From: Gemmatimonadota bacterium
Lineage (GTDB): Bacteria > Gemmatimonadota > Gemmatimonadetes > Gemmatimonadales > Gemmatimonadaceae
Length of the DNA stretch: 64,000 nucleotides
NCBI GenBank assembly: GCA_947461225.1
Contig: CANHJV010000001.1
Location: 16,962-80,961 of the forward strand
Direction of reading: 5' to 3'
The notes under the pieces are model-generated. The model worked only from the letters and a program-made list of their open reading frames with translations. It was not told where the DNA came from and ran no database searches. Position numbers and translations under genes: made by a program. This document shows positions 49,338 to 58,753 of the stretch, in pieces (positions within the stretch are counted from its first letter, which is position 1; each line of letters begins with the position of its first letter).

Positions 49338-49411
49338 GTTGCAATGTACTGCGCCACGGCCGGCCGCAAGCGCCCCTCGCGACCCTGGGCCCTGGTCACT
49401 AGCCTCCATGC

Positions 49412-50317
49412 ATGTCTCCAATTTCCGCACTGCCCGACACGCCGGATCCGCGTATTGCCGCCAAAGGCTACGTGCACCCGGAACGCCTCGTCAGCACCGA
49501 CTGGCTGGCGTCGCACCTCGATCACCCGTCGCTGCGCCTCCTCGAGTGCAACGAGGACGTGCTCCTGTACGGCGTCGAGCACATTGCCGGCGCGCAAAAG
49601 TTGGATTGGCATATCGACTTGAACGATCAGGTTGAGCGCGACTACATCGCGCGCGCGGCCTTCGAGTCACTGCTGCGCGCCAAAGGCATCGATAACAGCA
49701 CGACGGTCGTGTTCTATGGCGACAAGAACAACTGGTGGGCCACCTATGCGTTCTGGGTGTTCCAGCTGTTCGGCTTCGACAACGCCGTCGTGCTCGATGG
49801 TGGTCGCGCCAAGTGGCTGTCTGAAGACCGGCCGACCACGACCGACGTGCCGTCGTTTCCGGCCAGCGCGTATACCGCACGCGAGCGCAACGATGGGTCG
49901 ATCCGCGCCTTCATCGACGACACGCGCGCGCACATGCAGGCGGGCAAGCCGATGGTGGATGTGCGTTCGCCGCAGGAGTACACGGGCGAGCGGCTGCACA
50001 TGCCCGACTACCCTCAGGAAGGCACGTTGCGCGGCGGACATATTCCGGGCGCCCGCAGCATGCCGTGGGCCCGAGCGGCGGCGGCCGATGGCTCCTTCAA
50101 AACGGCCATCGAGCTGCGCACCATTTACGAGGGTGAGCTCGGACTTGCGCCGGGCGACGACGTGGTGACCTATTGCCGCATCGGCGAGCGTTCCTCGCAC
50201 ACGTGGTTCGTGCTGACGTATCTGTTGGGCTTCGAGAAGGTTCGCAACTATGACGGGTCGTGGACGGAATGGGGCAATGCCGTCCGCGCACCTATTCGCC
50301 AGGGAGGAGAGCCGTGA
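49412..50317 (+). CDS. Thiosulfate/3-mercaptopyruvate sulfurtransferase (tandem rhodanese)
   Basis: [31 protein letters not shown]. Confidence 0.95.
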   Translation: MSPISALPDTPDPRIAAKGYVHPERLVSTDWLASHLDHPSLRLLECNEDVLLYGVEHIAGAQKLDWHIDLNDQVERDYIARAAFESLLRAKGIDNSTTVVFYGDKNNWWATYAFWVFQLFGFDNAVVLDGGRAKWLSEDRPTTTDVPSFPASAYTARERNDGSIRAFIDDTRAHMQAGKPMVDVRSPQEYTGERLHMPDYPQEGTLRGGHIPGARSMPWARAAAADGSFKTAIELRTIYEGELGLAPGDDVVTYCRIGERSSHTWFVLTYLLGFEKVRNYDGSWTEWGNAVRAPIRQGGEP

Positions 50318-50784
50318 TGAGCGCAGAGCAACTGAAGGACACCACCGCGATGCCGGTCGTCGGCAAGCCGCCGGCCACGGTGCAGATCACATGGGCTGGC
50401 GACCACCAGTTCGACGGCGTGCGCCTTGCGGGCGGTCCCGCCATTCACATGGACGCCAGCGGCAAGACCGGCCCATCGCCGATCGACACGCTGCTCTGCG
50501 CACTGGCGGGATGCACGGGCGTCGACGTCGTCGACATTTTGGAGAAGCGTCGCACGCCGATGAGTGCGATGTCCGTCGACGTCGTTGGTGAGCGCTTTGC
50601 CGGTACACCCGGCCGCATCACGAAGATCGAGCTGGTGTACCGCATCATCGGCGCCGATGTGGAACGCGTGCACGCCGAACGGGCGATCGAGCTGGCCGTC
50701 ACCAAATACTGCTCGGTGCGTGATTCGCTGGATCCGACCATGCCGATCACGTGGAAATTGGAGTTGAACGGGTCGTACGAGTGA
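50317..50784 (+). CDS. OsmC/YhfA family protein
   Basis: GPSP..TLLCALAGCTGVDV...TKYCSV; start overlaps the upstream stop. Confidence 0.9.
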   Translation: MSAEQLKDTTAMPVVGKPPATVQITWAGDHQFDGVRLAGGPAIHMDASGKTGPSPIDTLLCALAGCTGVDVVDILEKRRTPMSAMSVDVVGERFAGTPGRITKIELVYRIIGADVERVHAERAIELAVTKYCSVRDSLDPTMPITWKLELNGSYE

Positions 50785-50814
50785 CGGTGCGACGCCGATA
50801 GGGTGAAAACTGCA

Positions 50815-50923
50815 AACTCCCTAGGGAACAGGGGGAGGGTATCAGGGAAGAGGAAGCAGGTGAACCGCGCGTGGTTCCTGCTTCCTGCCCCCTGAAACCC
50901 TCCCCCCTGTTCCCTAGGGAGTT
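50815..50923 (+). repeat. ~110-bp palindromic element, copy 2
   Basis: aactccctaggg...ggaagcagg-tgaaccgcgcgtggtt-cctgcttcc...ccctagggagtt. Confidence 0.9.
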
Positions 50924-50937
50924 CTCAGTTGCGATCC

Positions 50938-52254
50938 CTACTTTATCACCCACACCCGCTCATTCACCGGATACAACCACTCCACACCGCGCTCGGTGAC
51001 AATAGCGTTGTCCTCGAGCGGGATGCGCACTTTCGCACCGCCCCAATCCGGGTTCGGCGTCCACGCGAACAGCTCGATCGAAAACGGATTGTACGGTTTG
51101 ATCGCGAAGGTCATCTGTCGCGGATTGAAGGTCGCGATCGACGGGCCGGCGCCGTGGCCGCGATCGCCCACGGAGTGGCACCCGAACATGACCTCCACCT
51201 GTCCGTCGTTCGTGACTTCGTTGAATGCGCCCTGCATGCGGAAGCCGGATTTCGTAATCTCGGTCTTCAGCTGCTCCACCATGTCGCCGGCGGTGGGGCC
51301 GGGGCGAATCGTACGGCGAATCACGTCGCGCACCTTCAACGCATTGTCGAACGCGGTTTGGATACCCTTGGGCACCGCCGTCTCACCGGGCTTGAGCACA
51401 TACGCCATGCGCTTCACGTCGGTCCACACGTTGAGGTAGCCCACGCCCCAATCGATGATCAGCAGGTCGCCGCGCTGAATGATACGATCCGTACTCGTGG
51501 CTTCGATCCCCTTCGGGCCGGTGATGTACACCGACGGCATGTCGAATGACGATCCCAGCGCGCGCTGCTGCAGCTGATCCATCATCCACCACGCCACATC
51601 CTCCAGCGTGGTCACGCCCGGCGTGATGACCTCGTTGCTCAACGCGCGTTGCGCAATGCGCCGTGAGATCTCGCCGGCTTCACCAAGTGCCACGATCTGC
51701 GATGCCGTGAAGCCAGAGCGATAGTCGCTCACCACTTTCTCGGCCGACACCACGCGCGACGCGAACTCCGGGCCGATCTCCTTGACCAGGCGATCATACG
51801 ACGTCTTCGAGAGTCCGTCGGCGGCGCCGACTTCTTCCGACATGTTGAGCGCGATTTTCTTCGGGTTCCGCTCGGCGATAAACGCCTTGAGCGGCGCGAA
51901 GCCACGCACGATGTCGTACACCTTGCACTGCTCGAGCAGGTAGCCGCTCACGCCGATCGCGGCGCGTTCGATGCGATCACCACCACGATCGGTGAAGATG
52001 TAGTAGCCCACGCTGCCCACATAGCCGCGCCCCAGATCCTCGTACATGGGATCGAACTGATTCTCCTTCTGCATCACGATCCACATGTCGACGCCATTCT
52101 CGCGCATCGCACGCGGGAGAATTTTCTCGAACTTGTCTTTGCGGATCTGGCACTGACGCTCCCAGCGCACACGCGCCGGTTCGGCGGGGGCTTGGGCAGA
52201 GAGGGCGGAGGCGCTCAGGGCGAGCGCGGCGGCGATGCGGCGGAGTGAAGGCAT
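50938..52254 (-). CDS. M24 family (Xaa-Pro) metallopeptidase, secreted
   Basis: Signal peptide; metal ligands IDWG...WTD, HSVG, SIE, LEDN. Confidence 0.88.
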   Translation of the reverse strand: MPSLRRIAAALALSASALSAQAPAEPARVRWERQCQIRKDKFEKILPRAMRENGVDMWIVMQKENQFDPMYEDLGRGYVGSVGYYIFTDRGGDRIERAAIGVSGYLLEQCKVYDIVRGFAPLKAFIAERNPKKIALNMSEEVGAADGLSKTSYDRLVKEIGPEFASRVVSAEKVVSDYRSGFTASQIVALGEAGEISRRIAQRALSNEVITPGVTTLEDVAWWMMDQLQQRALGSSFDMPSVYITGPKGIEATSTDRIIQRGDLLIIDWGVGYLNVWTDVKRMAYVLKPGETAVPKGIQTAFDNALKVRDVIRRTIRPGPTAGDMVEQLKTEITKSGFRMQGAFNEVTNDGQVEVMFGCHSVGDRGHGAGPSIATFNPRQMTFAIKPYNPFSIELFAWTPNPDWGGAKVRIPLEDNAIVTERGVEWLYPVNERVWVIK

Positions 52255-52301
52255 GAAGGCGGGTTGGGGTGCGGTAGTATGCCGCTCAATCCGTAAACAG
52301 C

Positions 52302-52413
52302 CAACACCCTAGGAAGCAGGAGGGAGGGTATCAGGGGGCAGGGGGCAGGCACCACGCGCGGTTCACCTGCTTCCTCTTTCCTGAGACCCTCCCTCCTGCT
52401 TCCTAGGGTGTTG
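52302..52413 (-). repeat. ~110-bp palindromic element, copy 3 (inverted relative to copies 1 and 2)
   Basis: caacaccctagg...gcagg-caccacgcgcggttca-cctgcttcc...cctagggtgttg; the centre is the reverse complement of the other copies. Confidence 0.9.
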
Positions 52414-52425
52414 CAGTTCCGGCTG

Positions 52426-53163
52426 TTACCGCTCGTACCGCGGCACCGCGACCTGTTCTCCGTGCACCTGCGGCACCGGAATCGGCTCAACCGCGCCGAC
52501 ACCAAGGCTCTTGCCCTTGTCGGACATCACGCGCGTGAGAAAGCGCTGTCCCTCGCCGATCCGTTCGACCTCGATGGCGATCGACTCCACGGCTTGCCCC
52601 ATGGCCTCGAGGCGGTCGGTGACGTCCTGCGGGATTGGGGCCACCGTCGTGGCGCCCTTTCGCCAAATGCGCCGCGCATAGGCGACCGCAATCGGCATGA
52701 GCACGAAGATCGTGAACACGATGGGTACCGCCAGAATCTCTTCCGGTGGACCGTTGCGCTCTTCTCGCGGTTCGACGGTCGCACCGGGAAGTGCGGCGGC
52801 CTGTGCCACGGCGGCGTCGGCTTGCGCGATCTGTTGGTCGACCGAGCTGAGGCGTGCGTCGATCTCCTTGATGCGCGCCTCGGCGCCCGCACGATCGGCG
52901 GGCGAGAGATTTTGCTCGTTTTGCAGCTCATTCCGGAGCTCCTGGCGCTGGTCCTGGAGCCGATCCTGTTGATTGCGCAGCTCTCGCCGCTGGGCGAGCG
53001 CCCCCTGATACACCTCGGTCGGCGCGCCCGTGATCTGACCGGTCGCCGTCTGCACCACAAACGGGGCTGGCGGGGGAGCCGGGAGGACGGGAATTTCCTG
53101 CATGGGGACGACGGGCATTTCCTGCATGAGGTCGGCGATTGAAGTGCGTGCGGAACGTTCCAC
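52426..53163 (-). CDS. Hypothetical coiled-coil + single-TM protein
   Basis: Gln/Glu coiled coil, TM ILAVPIVFTIFVLMPIAVAY, C-terminal AVESIAIEVERIGEGQRF. Start uncertain (53163, 53127 or 53103). Confidence 0.75.
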   Translation of the reverse strand: MERSARTSIADLMQEMPVVPMQEIPVLPAPPPAPFVVQTATGQITGAPTEVYQGALAQRRELRNQQDRLQDQRQELRNELQNEQNLSPADRAGAEARIKEIDARLSSVDQQIAQADAAVAQAAALPGATVEPREERNGPPEEILAVPIVFTIFVLMPIAVAYARRIWRKGATTVAPIPQDVTDRLEAMGQAVESIAIEVERIGEGQRFLTRVMSDKGKSLGVGAVEPIPVPQVHGEQVAVPRYER

Positions 53164-53499
53164 GTGGAATCAGACTCCCGAGCGGTTGTACGCCACGTTC
53201 GCGTTCCGGTTTCATGCACCACGATCCTCGCCTCTCGTGGTGCCGTACGCCTCGTGGTGCCGTGCGGGCGGACAGCGGTCGAAGAAAGATCCACTAACGA
53301 TATTTGGTTCTCATTAGTCAACAAACTACGCCCAAACCGCCGGCAGCGCTTGACCTGACCCCCCAAAACGGCGATTCATTCAGGCTCGCCGAAACAGGCG
53401 ACCGCATCGCGTGAGTGAGCCTTCTGGGCTTTCCCTGTCGATCGGACCCCATTTAAGAACGCGCTCCCGCCGGAAATGGTGGCGCATGCTGGAGTTACC

Positions 53500-53742
53500 A
53501 TGAAGGAAGGCATTCATCCGCCGTACCATTCGGTGGTGTTCAAGGATTCGTCCACGGGCGCGACGATCATCACGCGCTCCACGATGACGAGCGAGCAGAA
53601 GATCAAGATGGAAGACGGGAACGAATATCCCCTGATCCTGCTCGAAATCACCGCCGATTCGCATCCGTTCTACACGGGCACGCAGCGCCTCATCGACACG
53701 CAGGGTCGCGTCGACAAGTTCAAGAAGCGCTACGGCCGCTAA
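53500..53742 (+). CDS. rpmE2: 50S ribosomal protein L31 type B (no Zn-binding Cys)
   Basis: GGAG RBS; MKEGIHP...SHPFYTG...[10 protein letters not shown]; 80 aa with no Cys. Confidence 0.95.
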   Translation: MKEGIHPPYHSVVFKDSSTGATIITRSTMTSEQKIKMEDGNEYPLILLEITADSHPFYTGTQRLIDTQGRVDKFKKRYGR

Positions 53743-53763
53743 GGTCTGCGATGTGGTACGGAG

Positions 53764-53794
53764 AAGCCCGCGAGCACTGCTCGCGGGCTTTTTT
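53764..53794 (+). terminator. Intrinsic terminator
   Basis: aagcccgcgagc-act-gctcgcgggctt followed by tttt. Confidence 0.9.
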
Positions 53795-53817
53795 CGTACG
53801 TGTGACCGAACGGTCGC

Positions 53818-54642
53818 CTACTCGCCCGGCGGCTCGGTGCCCGTCATCCACGCGGTGGCCCCCAGGACCACGGCCGCCAGCAGGACTTCGCGCAGCACCA
53901 CCGTTCGCGACGGGGTCTGGCCCGCCGCGATTCGCCGTCGCTGCGTGAAGCCCATGGCCATCACGGCCATCGCCAGCGCGACCTTGAGTAGCAGCAGCTT
54001 TCCGTAATCACTCGCCAGGATGGCCATGGGTGCGCTGCCGCCGACCCGACGCCACGTGCTGCCCACGCCCGACAGCAGCACCACGGGCGCCATCACGGTC
54101 GCCGTGCGGCTGAAGGCGCGCCATACCGTGGCGGACGGCACGGCATCGCCCGCACCGGCCAGCAGCATCAGCACCAGCCCGCCGATCCACGCCCCAACGC
54201 CCACCACGTGCAGCGCGTCGAATACGCGCGACGCGAATGGCCACTGGTCATCGGCGGCCGCGTGTCCCAACCCGCCCATCGCGACCGCGAGGCCCAACGC
54301 CGCCAGCAGCAACCACGATCGCGTGCGCGGCATGGGCAGCAGGATCGCCGACAGCACGCACGACATCGCCAACGGCACCCATCCGCGCCCCCACGTGGTG
54401 TCGCGCAACAGCCCCGGCAACTCGGCCATGGTGAGTTCGAGCGCCTGCTGCTGCAGCAACAACAGCGCGAGCGGCGCCACTACCAGCGCGAGCGCCGCCA
54501 ACCAGAGCGACACGCGCACCGCCCGAGGATCGGTGGGCGCATCGTTCACCTCGCGGGCGAATACCGTGAGCGTGCCGCGACCGATCGCCAGCGCCGCCCC
54601 GCCATACAGCAGCAGGCGAATCAGCGGTGCGGCAACGTCCAC
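53818..54642 (-). CDS. CopD family membrane protein
   Basis: TTWGR, GHAAAD, HVVGVGAWIGGL, FSR, YGKLLLLK. Confidence 0.88.
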   Translation of the reverse strand: MDVAAPLIRLLLYGGAALAIGRGTLTVFAREVNDAPTDPRAVRVSLWLAALALVVAPLALLLLQQQALELTMAELPGLLRDTTWGRGWVPLAMSCVLSAILLPMPRTRSWLLLAALGLAVAMGGLGHAAADDQWPFASRVFDALHVVGVGAWIGGLVLMLLAGAGDAVPSATVWRAFSRTATVMAPVVLLSGVGSTWRRVGGSAPMAILASDYGKLLLLKVALAMAVMAMGFTQRRRIAAGQTPSRTVVLREVLLAAVVLGATAWMTGTEPPGE

Positions 54643-54654
54643 GTGTCGAGCGAG

Positions 54655-55047
54655 TTACTTGGCCGCGCCGACGCGGAACCCGAAGGTCCCCTTCACCACA
54701 TGCCCATCCTTCGACATGGTGCGCCACGACACGACGTAACCGCCGGCACTCAGCGCCGTCGTCACGTCGGCACGCAACACCTTGGGCGCGGTCGGTTCGC
54801 GACGCAGCGCACCAAGTGCGACCGGTGCCCCGCCCTGCTTGGCCAGCGTGAGCTTGGCCCCGGTGAGTTCGACGGCTTCACTGAGTTCGACCGTGATCTT
54901 CTCGGGCGACGTCGCCAGCACCGTGTCGGCGGCTGGGAACGAGCGCACCAACTTGAGATGTCGCATCACGGTACCCGACGCGAGCGCGGGAAGACCGAGG
55001 GCGAGCGCGGCGACGACCACAGTGGGCTGGAAGAGCGAGCGAGACAT
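54655..55047 (-). CDS. CopC family periplasmic metal-binding protein
   Basis: Signal peptide then HLKLVRSFPAA...YVVSWRTMSKDGH..KG..F. Confidence 0.9.
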   Translation of the reverse strand: MSRSLFQPTVVVAALALGLPALASGTVMRHLKLVRSFPAADTVLATSPEKITVELSEAVELTGAKLTLAKQGGAPVALGALRREPTAPKVLRADVTTALSAGGYVVSWRTMSKDGHVVKGTFGFRVGAAK

Positions 55048-55144
55048 CACGACGGAAGCTCCGGAAGCGGGAAGGACGGGACAGACAAATCTGCTACACC
55101 GGAGCGCGCGGAGAAATGCCAGCGGCCGAGACGGAGGCCCGCGC

Positions 55145-56074
55145 CTACTCCAGCCCCGCGATCCGCGCTTCGAGATCGTCGAGGGACATCCCAACGCCGA
55201 TGAACAAGGCGGTCGCTTCGGCATCGGCGTGCGGAGACGACTCGTCAAGCTGCACTTTCTTTCGCCCCGGCACCCGATTCCACACGAACATGTCCGCCGG
55301 CTGATCGGCAAAGCGCACGAGTCCCTTGGCGCGCACGACCGCCGACGGCAGCGCCTGCACGAAGGCCAGGAACCGCGCCCGCTCGACCAACCGGGGCAGC
55401 GGCAAGGCCACGCTGCCAAAGGGATGCGTATGTCCGTGCGCGTGCCGGTGCACGGCAGCAACGCCCTGCGTGGCGCGCCGCTCCGTGTGGCGCAGCGACT
55501 CCGCCAGCGACTGCAGCGTGTCGGCGAATGCCGCCGGCGTGGTGAAGGCGGCGCGGGCGTTCACCGACGCCACTCCCTGCTCCACGGCGCGGCGTCGATC
55601 GGCCGACAGGCGGTCGGTCCAATTGAGATGCACGTGCGTGGCCGTCGTGATTTGCGCCGCTTCGAGCGTGTTGTTCCACCACCGCTTCTGCCAGCGCGCG
55701 GCGTCGATCACCGTGAGCTGCAACGGCAGCGTGAACTGCGTGAGCGTGGTGTCGGTGGTGAGATAACCCAGCAGCTCGTCGGTTTCGGTGGCGCCGTTCG
55801 CTTCGATCAGCATCACGCTGCCGGGATCGTTCGGCACCGCCTGCAAGGTATCGAGGAGTTCCCGCAGTGAACCACAGCAGACGCACTCGCCGTTCAACGG
55901 CGTGACCAGCGCATCGAGCTCGCCCAACCGTGCCGCGTCGATCTTCGCATTCTCGAAATCATTGAGCACGATGCGTACGCGCACCCCGCGTTCGAGCAGC
56001 TGCGGAATGAGCGTGGTGAGAAAACGCGTTTTCCCAGCGCCAAGGAACCCGGCCATCAGCACGAGCGGGATCAT
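55145..56074 (-). CDS. COG0523/CobW-family G3E GTPase metallochaperone
   Basis: GFLGAGKT, GECVCC, EANG, His-rich HRHAHGHTH, CobW_C-like RAKG. Confidence 0.9.
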   Translation of the reverse strand: MIPLVLMAGFLGAGKTRFLTTLIPQLLERGVRVRIVLNDFENAKIDAARLGELDALVTPLNGECVCCGSLRELLDTLQAVPNDPGSVMLIEANGATETDELLGYLTTDTTLTQFTLPLQLTVIDAARWQKRWWNNTLEAAQITTATHVHLNWTDRLSADRRRAVEQGVASVNARAAFTTPAAFADTLQSLAESLRHTERRATQGVAAVHRHAHGHTHPFGSVALPLPRLVERARFLAFVQALPSAVVRAKGLVRFADQPADMFVWNRVPGRKKVQLDESSPHADAEATALFIGVGMSLDDLEARIAGLE

Positions 56075-56093
56075 GCGCGCGAACCGTGGGACA

Positions 56094-57968
56094 TCATGCC
56101 GGCGTCATCTGGAGTTCGCCGAGAAACCCACGGGCCCCACGACGAAGCACCGAGGCGGCATACAACGCGGCGAGCGTGATCGCCGAGAACAGTTCCAGCG
56201 GCGACGTGCGCTCGAGTGACGATTGCGACAGCGTCGGCATCGACGCGGCGGGCAGCACCGCGTTCACGAGCAGGCCGACCGCAATGGCCGCCACGACCAT
56301 CGCCGCCGCGAACGCGTACGCGAAACGCGCGCCGTGCAATCGCGAGAGGATCCCGATGGTGGCCATGTTCGTGGCCGGTCCGGTGATGAGCAGCGCGAGT
56401 CCGGCGCCCGGTGACACGCCGGCGGCGACCAGCACCGCCACCAACGGCGTGGACGCCGACGCACACACGTACAGCGGCAGGCCAATGGCGGCGAAGAGCA
56501 GCACATCCACACCCATGGGCAGACGCGTCATCCACGAGCCCTCCATGAGGGGACCCAACAGCGCGGCGATGATGAGCCCCACCAGAATCCATGGCGCCGT
56601 GTGATCGACCATGTCCCCGAAGCCGCTGCGCATGGCCGTCTGCAAGCGGCGGCTCAGTGTCGGTGCGGCCACGTCGGCCACGTCGGCCACGGCGAGCGGT
56701 AGCGCGCGTGAGGCCGCGCGCGATGGTGCGAAACGCGCCATGACTAACGCGACAACCAGCGCAACCATGGCTGCGGCGGCCACACGCACGACCGTGAACG
56801 GCGCGCCAAGCAGCGGCACCGACATCAGCACGGCATCGATCCCGAGTTCCGGCGTGGCGATGAGAAACGCCACCGCGGCGGCCGTGGAAACGCCCTGCTG
56901 CACCAGTCCCTCGTACAGGGGGACCACGCCGCACGAACAGATCGGCAGCGGCAGTCCGAGCGCCATGCCCGAGAGCCCCTGCCGCACACTCGAGCCGCGA
57001 TTCAGCCACACGAGTTTTCCCGGTGCCACGAAGGCATGCACCAGACCGGCCATCAGGTACGCCACCAGCAACGCCGGCGCGCTCTCGAGAGCCAGCCCCT
57101 GAAAGCTTGTCCACACAGCATACAGCGGTGCGTCGCCGTGACCGTTCTGACTCAGATGCAGCACGACCAGCAACGCGATGCCGAGCAGCGCACCGATGCC
57201 GTTGGGGAGTCGCGTGGCGGCGTCAAGACGGATCTCATCGTGCTCGGCATCGATCGGATCCGGCGCCCGATGCGCGTGCGCGTGGTCGTGCGCGTGATCG
57301 TGCGCATGGGAGTGCGCATGGGAGTGCCCGTGATCGTGCGCGTGGGAGTGGCTGTGGCCATGCTCGTCATCATGGGAATGCGCGGGGTGCGCGATCACGT
57401 GCAACAACGAGCCGCCAACCACCGCTTCAAACCAGACGCCGGCGCGATCGGGCAGCACGGCAAAGATCGTGGGCTCGGCGAAATAGCCGACGACGGTGGT
57501 GACGGCCATCAGGAACAGCACGAACCAGGTGACGCCGCGTGGCCGGTCGCTCAGCACCCACCACACCATGAGACTGACGGGGAGCTGGTGGAGCACCACA
57601 CCGTAGCCAATGAGGCTCGACGGATTCGCGGCTGACTGCGCCAGCGCACTGCCGTCGAGGGCCGAGTGAATGGCGACACCGACGAGGGCCAGCAGCAGGA
57701 CCGCGGTGTGCGTTTGCCGCACGCCGAAGCGGAACAGCCGCTCCGCCAGATTCGGCAGCGTGAAGCCGGCCAGCATGAACAGCCCGGCCCACAGGTCGCG
57801 ATGCTCGAGGGCATGCGGAATCACGTCCAGCAGGACCAACCCACCGATGGTGACCAGCACGAACCCATCGATGAAGGCCAGCATCTGGGGCCGAGCCTTG
57901 GCCGCCCGCGCGACGAGGGGCCCGGTGCCGAGGCCCGCCATGCTGGCGAGGAGCATGGCGTGGTTCAT
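56094..57968 (-). CDS. Fused permease: ZIP-like domain + His-rich linker + DUF318/ArsP-like domain
   Basis: N-terminal HSALDG, LHQLP, GGSLLH; (HX)n linker; C-terminal LPICSCGVVP, TPELG, PLYVCASASTP, GPATN. Confidence 0.85.
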   Translation of the reverse strand: MNHAMLLASMAGLGTGPLVARAAKARPQMLAFIDGFVLVTIGGLVLLDVIPHALEHRDLWAGLFMLAGFTLPNLAERLFRFGVRQTHTAVLLLALVGVAIHSALDGSALAQSAANPSSLIGYGVVLHQLPVSLMVWWVLSDRPRGVTWFVLFLMAVTTVVGYFAEPTIFAVLPDRAGVWFEAVVGGSLLHVIAHPAHSHDDEHGHSHSHAHDHGHSHAHSHAHDHAHDHAHAHRAPDPIDAEHDEIRLDAATRLPNGIGALLGIALLVVLHLSQNGHGDAPLYAVWTSFQGLALESAPALLVAYLMAGLVHAFVAPGKLVWLNRGSSVRQGLSGMALGLPLPICSCGVVPLYEGLVQQGVSTAAAVAFLIATPELGIDAVLMSVPLLGAPFTVVRVAAAAMVALVVALVMARFAPSRAASRALPLAVADVADVAAPTLSRRLQTAMRSGFGDMVDHTAPWILVGLIIAALLGPLMEGSWMTRLPMGVDVLLFAAIGLPLYVCASASTPLVAVLVAAGVSPGAGLALLITGPATNMATIGILSRLHGARFAYAFAAAMVVAAIAVGLLVNAVLPAASMPTLSQSSLERTSPLELFSAITLAALYAASVLRRGARGFLGELQMTPA

Positions 57969-58035
57969 GACGAATGCGCGTAGCGGCCGTGTGCTCCGAC
58001 CATCGACCGTATGAGCGACATGCCGAAAGATAGTG

Positions 58036-58056
58036 TTATTGCGAAGCCGCTATCAA
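58036..58056 (-). promoter_or_regulatory. Possible Fur-family (Zur/Fur/Nur) operator
   Basis: Minus strand TTGATAGCGGCTTCGCAATAA, an imperfect dyad in an AT-richer patch about 70 nt upstream of the permease start. Confidence 0.3.
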
Positions 58057-58691
58057 GTGGATCTTCCGGCTGACGGAACGAGATCGACGTTGGCTCGCCT
58101 GTCGGCCCGCCCCCAAACCCAACCGCCAACCACCACCCCCAGCACCGCCGCCACCACCGTGTCGCTCAGGAAATGGCCCATCGCCAGCACCCGCGTGGCG
58201 GCACAACCGGCGGCCAAGGCGTACCACAGCCAGCGTGCCCGCGGATACAGGTGCGCCAGCACCGCCGCCCCCGCGAAGGCGACCAGGACATGACTGCTCG
58301 GCATGCCCATCCCACGATTCGACAGCGGCCCGTCGACGAAGGGACGGAACGCGTATTCGAAGACGTCGGGATTTGGGCGCAACCGACGGATGGAAAGCTT
58401 CAGCCCTTCGGCGAGGGCGCCGCCAAGTGCCGGACCCAGCACGAGGGCCCCTGCGTATGCGGCGCGACGCGGATGGTCTCGCTGCTGCAACCAAAAACCG
58501 AGGGCGATCACCCCCCAGGTGGGGAGATATCCCATGGAACGCAGCAGGCGTCCCCAATCCTTGTCGTTCACGGTGAGCAGCCGCGCGGAGCGCCACGCGG
58601 TGCCATCGAGCAGGTGGGCACACGCGATGGCCACGACGGCGATGAGCACGAACTGGATCCAACGGGATCGCGTGGAATTGGCGGACGTCAT
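58053..58691 (-). CDS. PAP2 family phosphatase
   Basis: K-x6-RP (KLSIRRLRP), MPSSH, TRVLAMGHFLSD. Confidence 0.9.
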   Translation of the reverse strand: MTSANSTRSRWIQFVLIAVVAIACAHLLDGTAWRSARLLTVNDKDWGRLLRSMGYLPTWGVIALGFWLQQRDHPRRAAYAGALVLGPALGGALAEGLKLSIRRLRPNPDVFEYAFRPFVDGPLSNRGMGMPSSHVLVAFAGAAVLAHLYPRARWLWYALAAGCAATRVLAMGHFLSDTVVAAVLGVVVGGWVWGRADRRANVDLVPSAGRST

Positions 58692-58753
58692 GAACGGGAA
58701 ATCAACGCCGCGCCAGCCCTGCACGCCACTCGGTCCCCAGGCATATTTGAGTG

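Noticed and set aside
39238-52413. Palindromes or heptamer arrays as a CRISPR array
   Set aside because: No regular repeat-spacer periodicity and no cas genes; the copies are dispersed.
57270-57380. Tandem DNA repeats in the permease gene, and GGC/GGT runs near 6395, 27310 and 33620
   Set aside because: These are explained by coding for His-rich and poly-Gly linkers.
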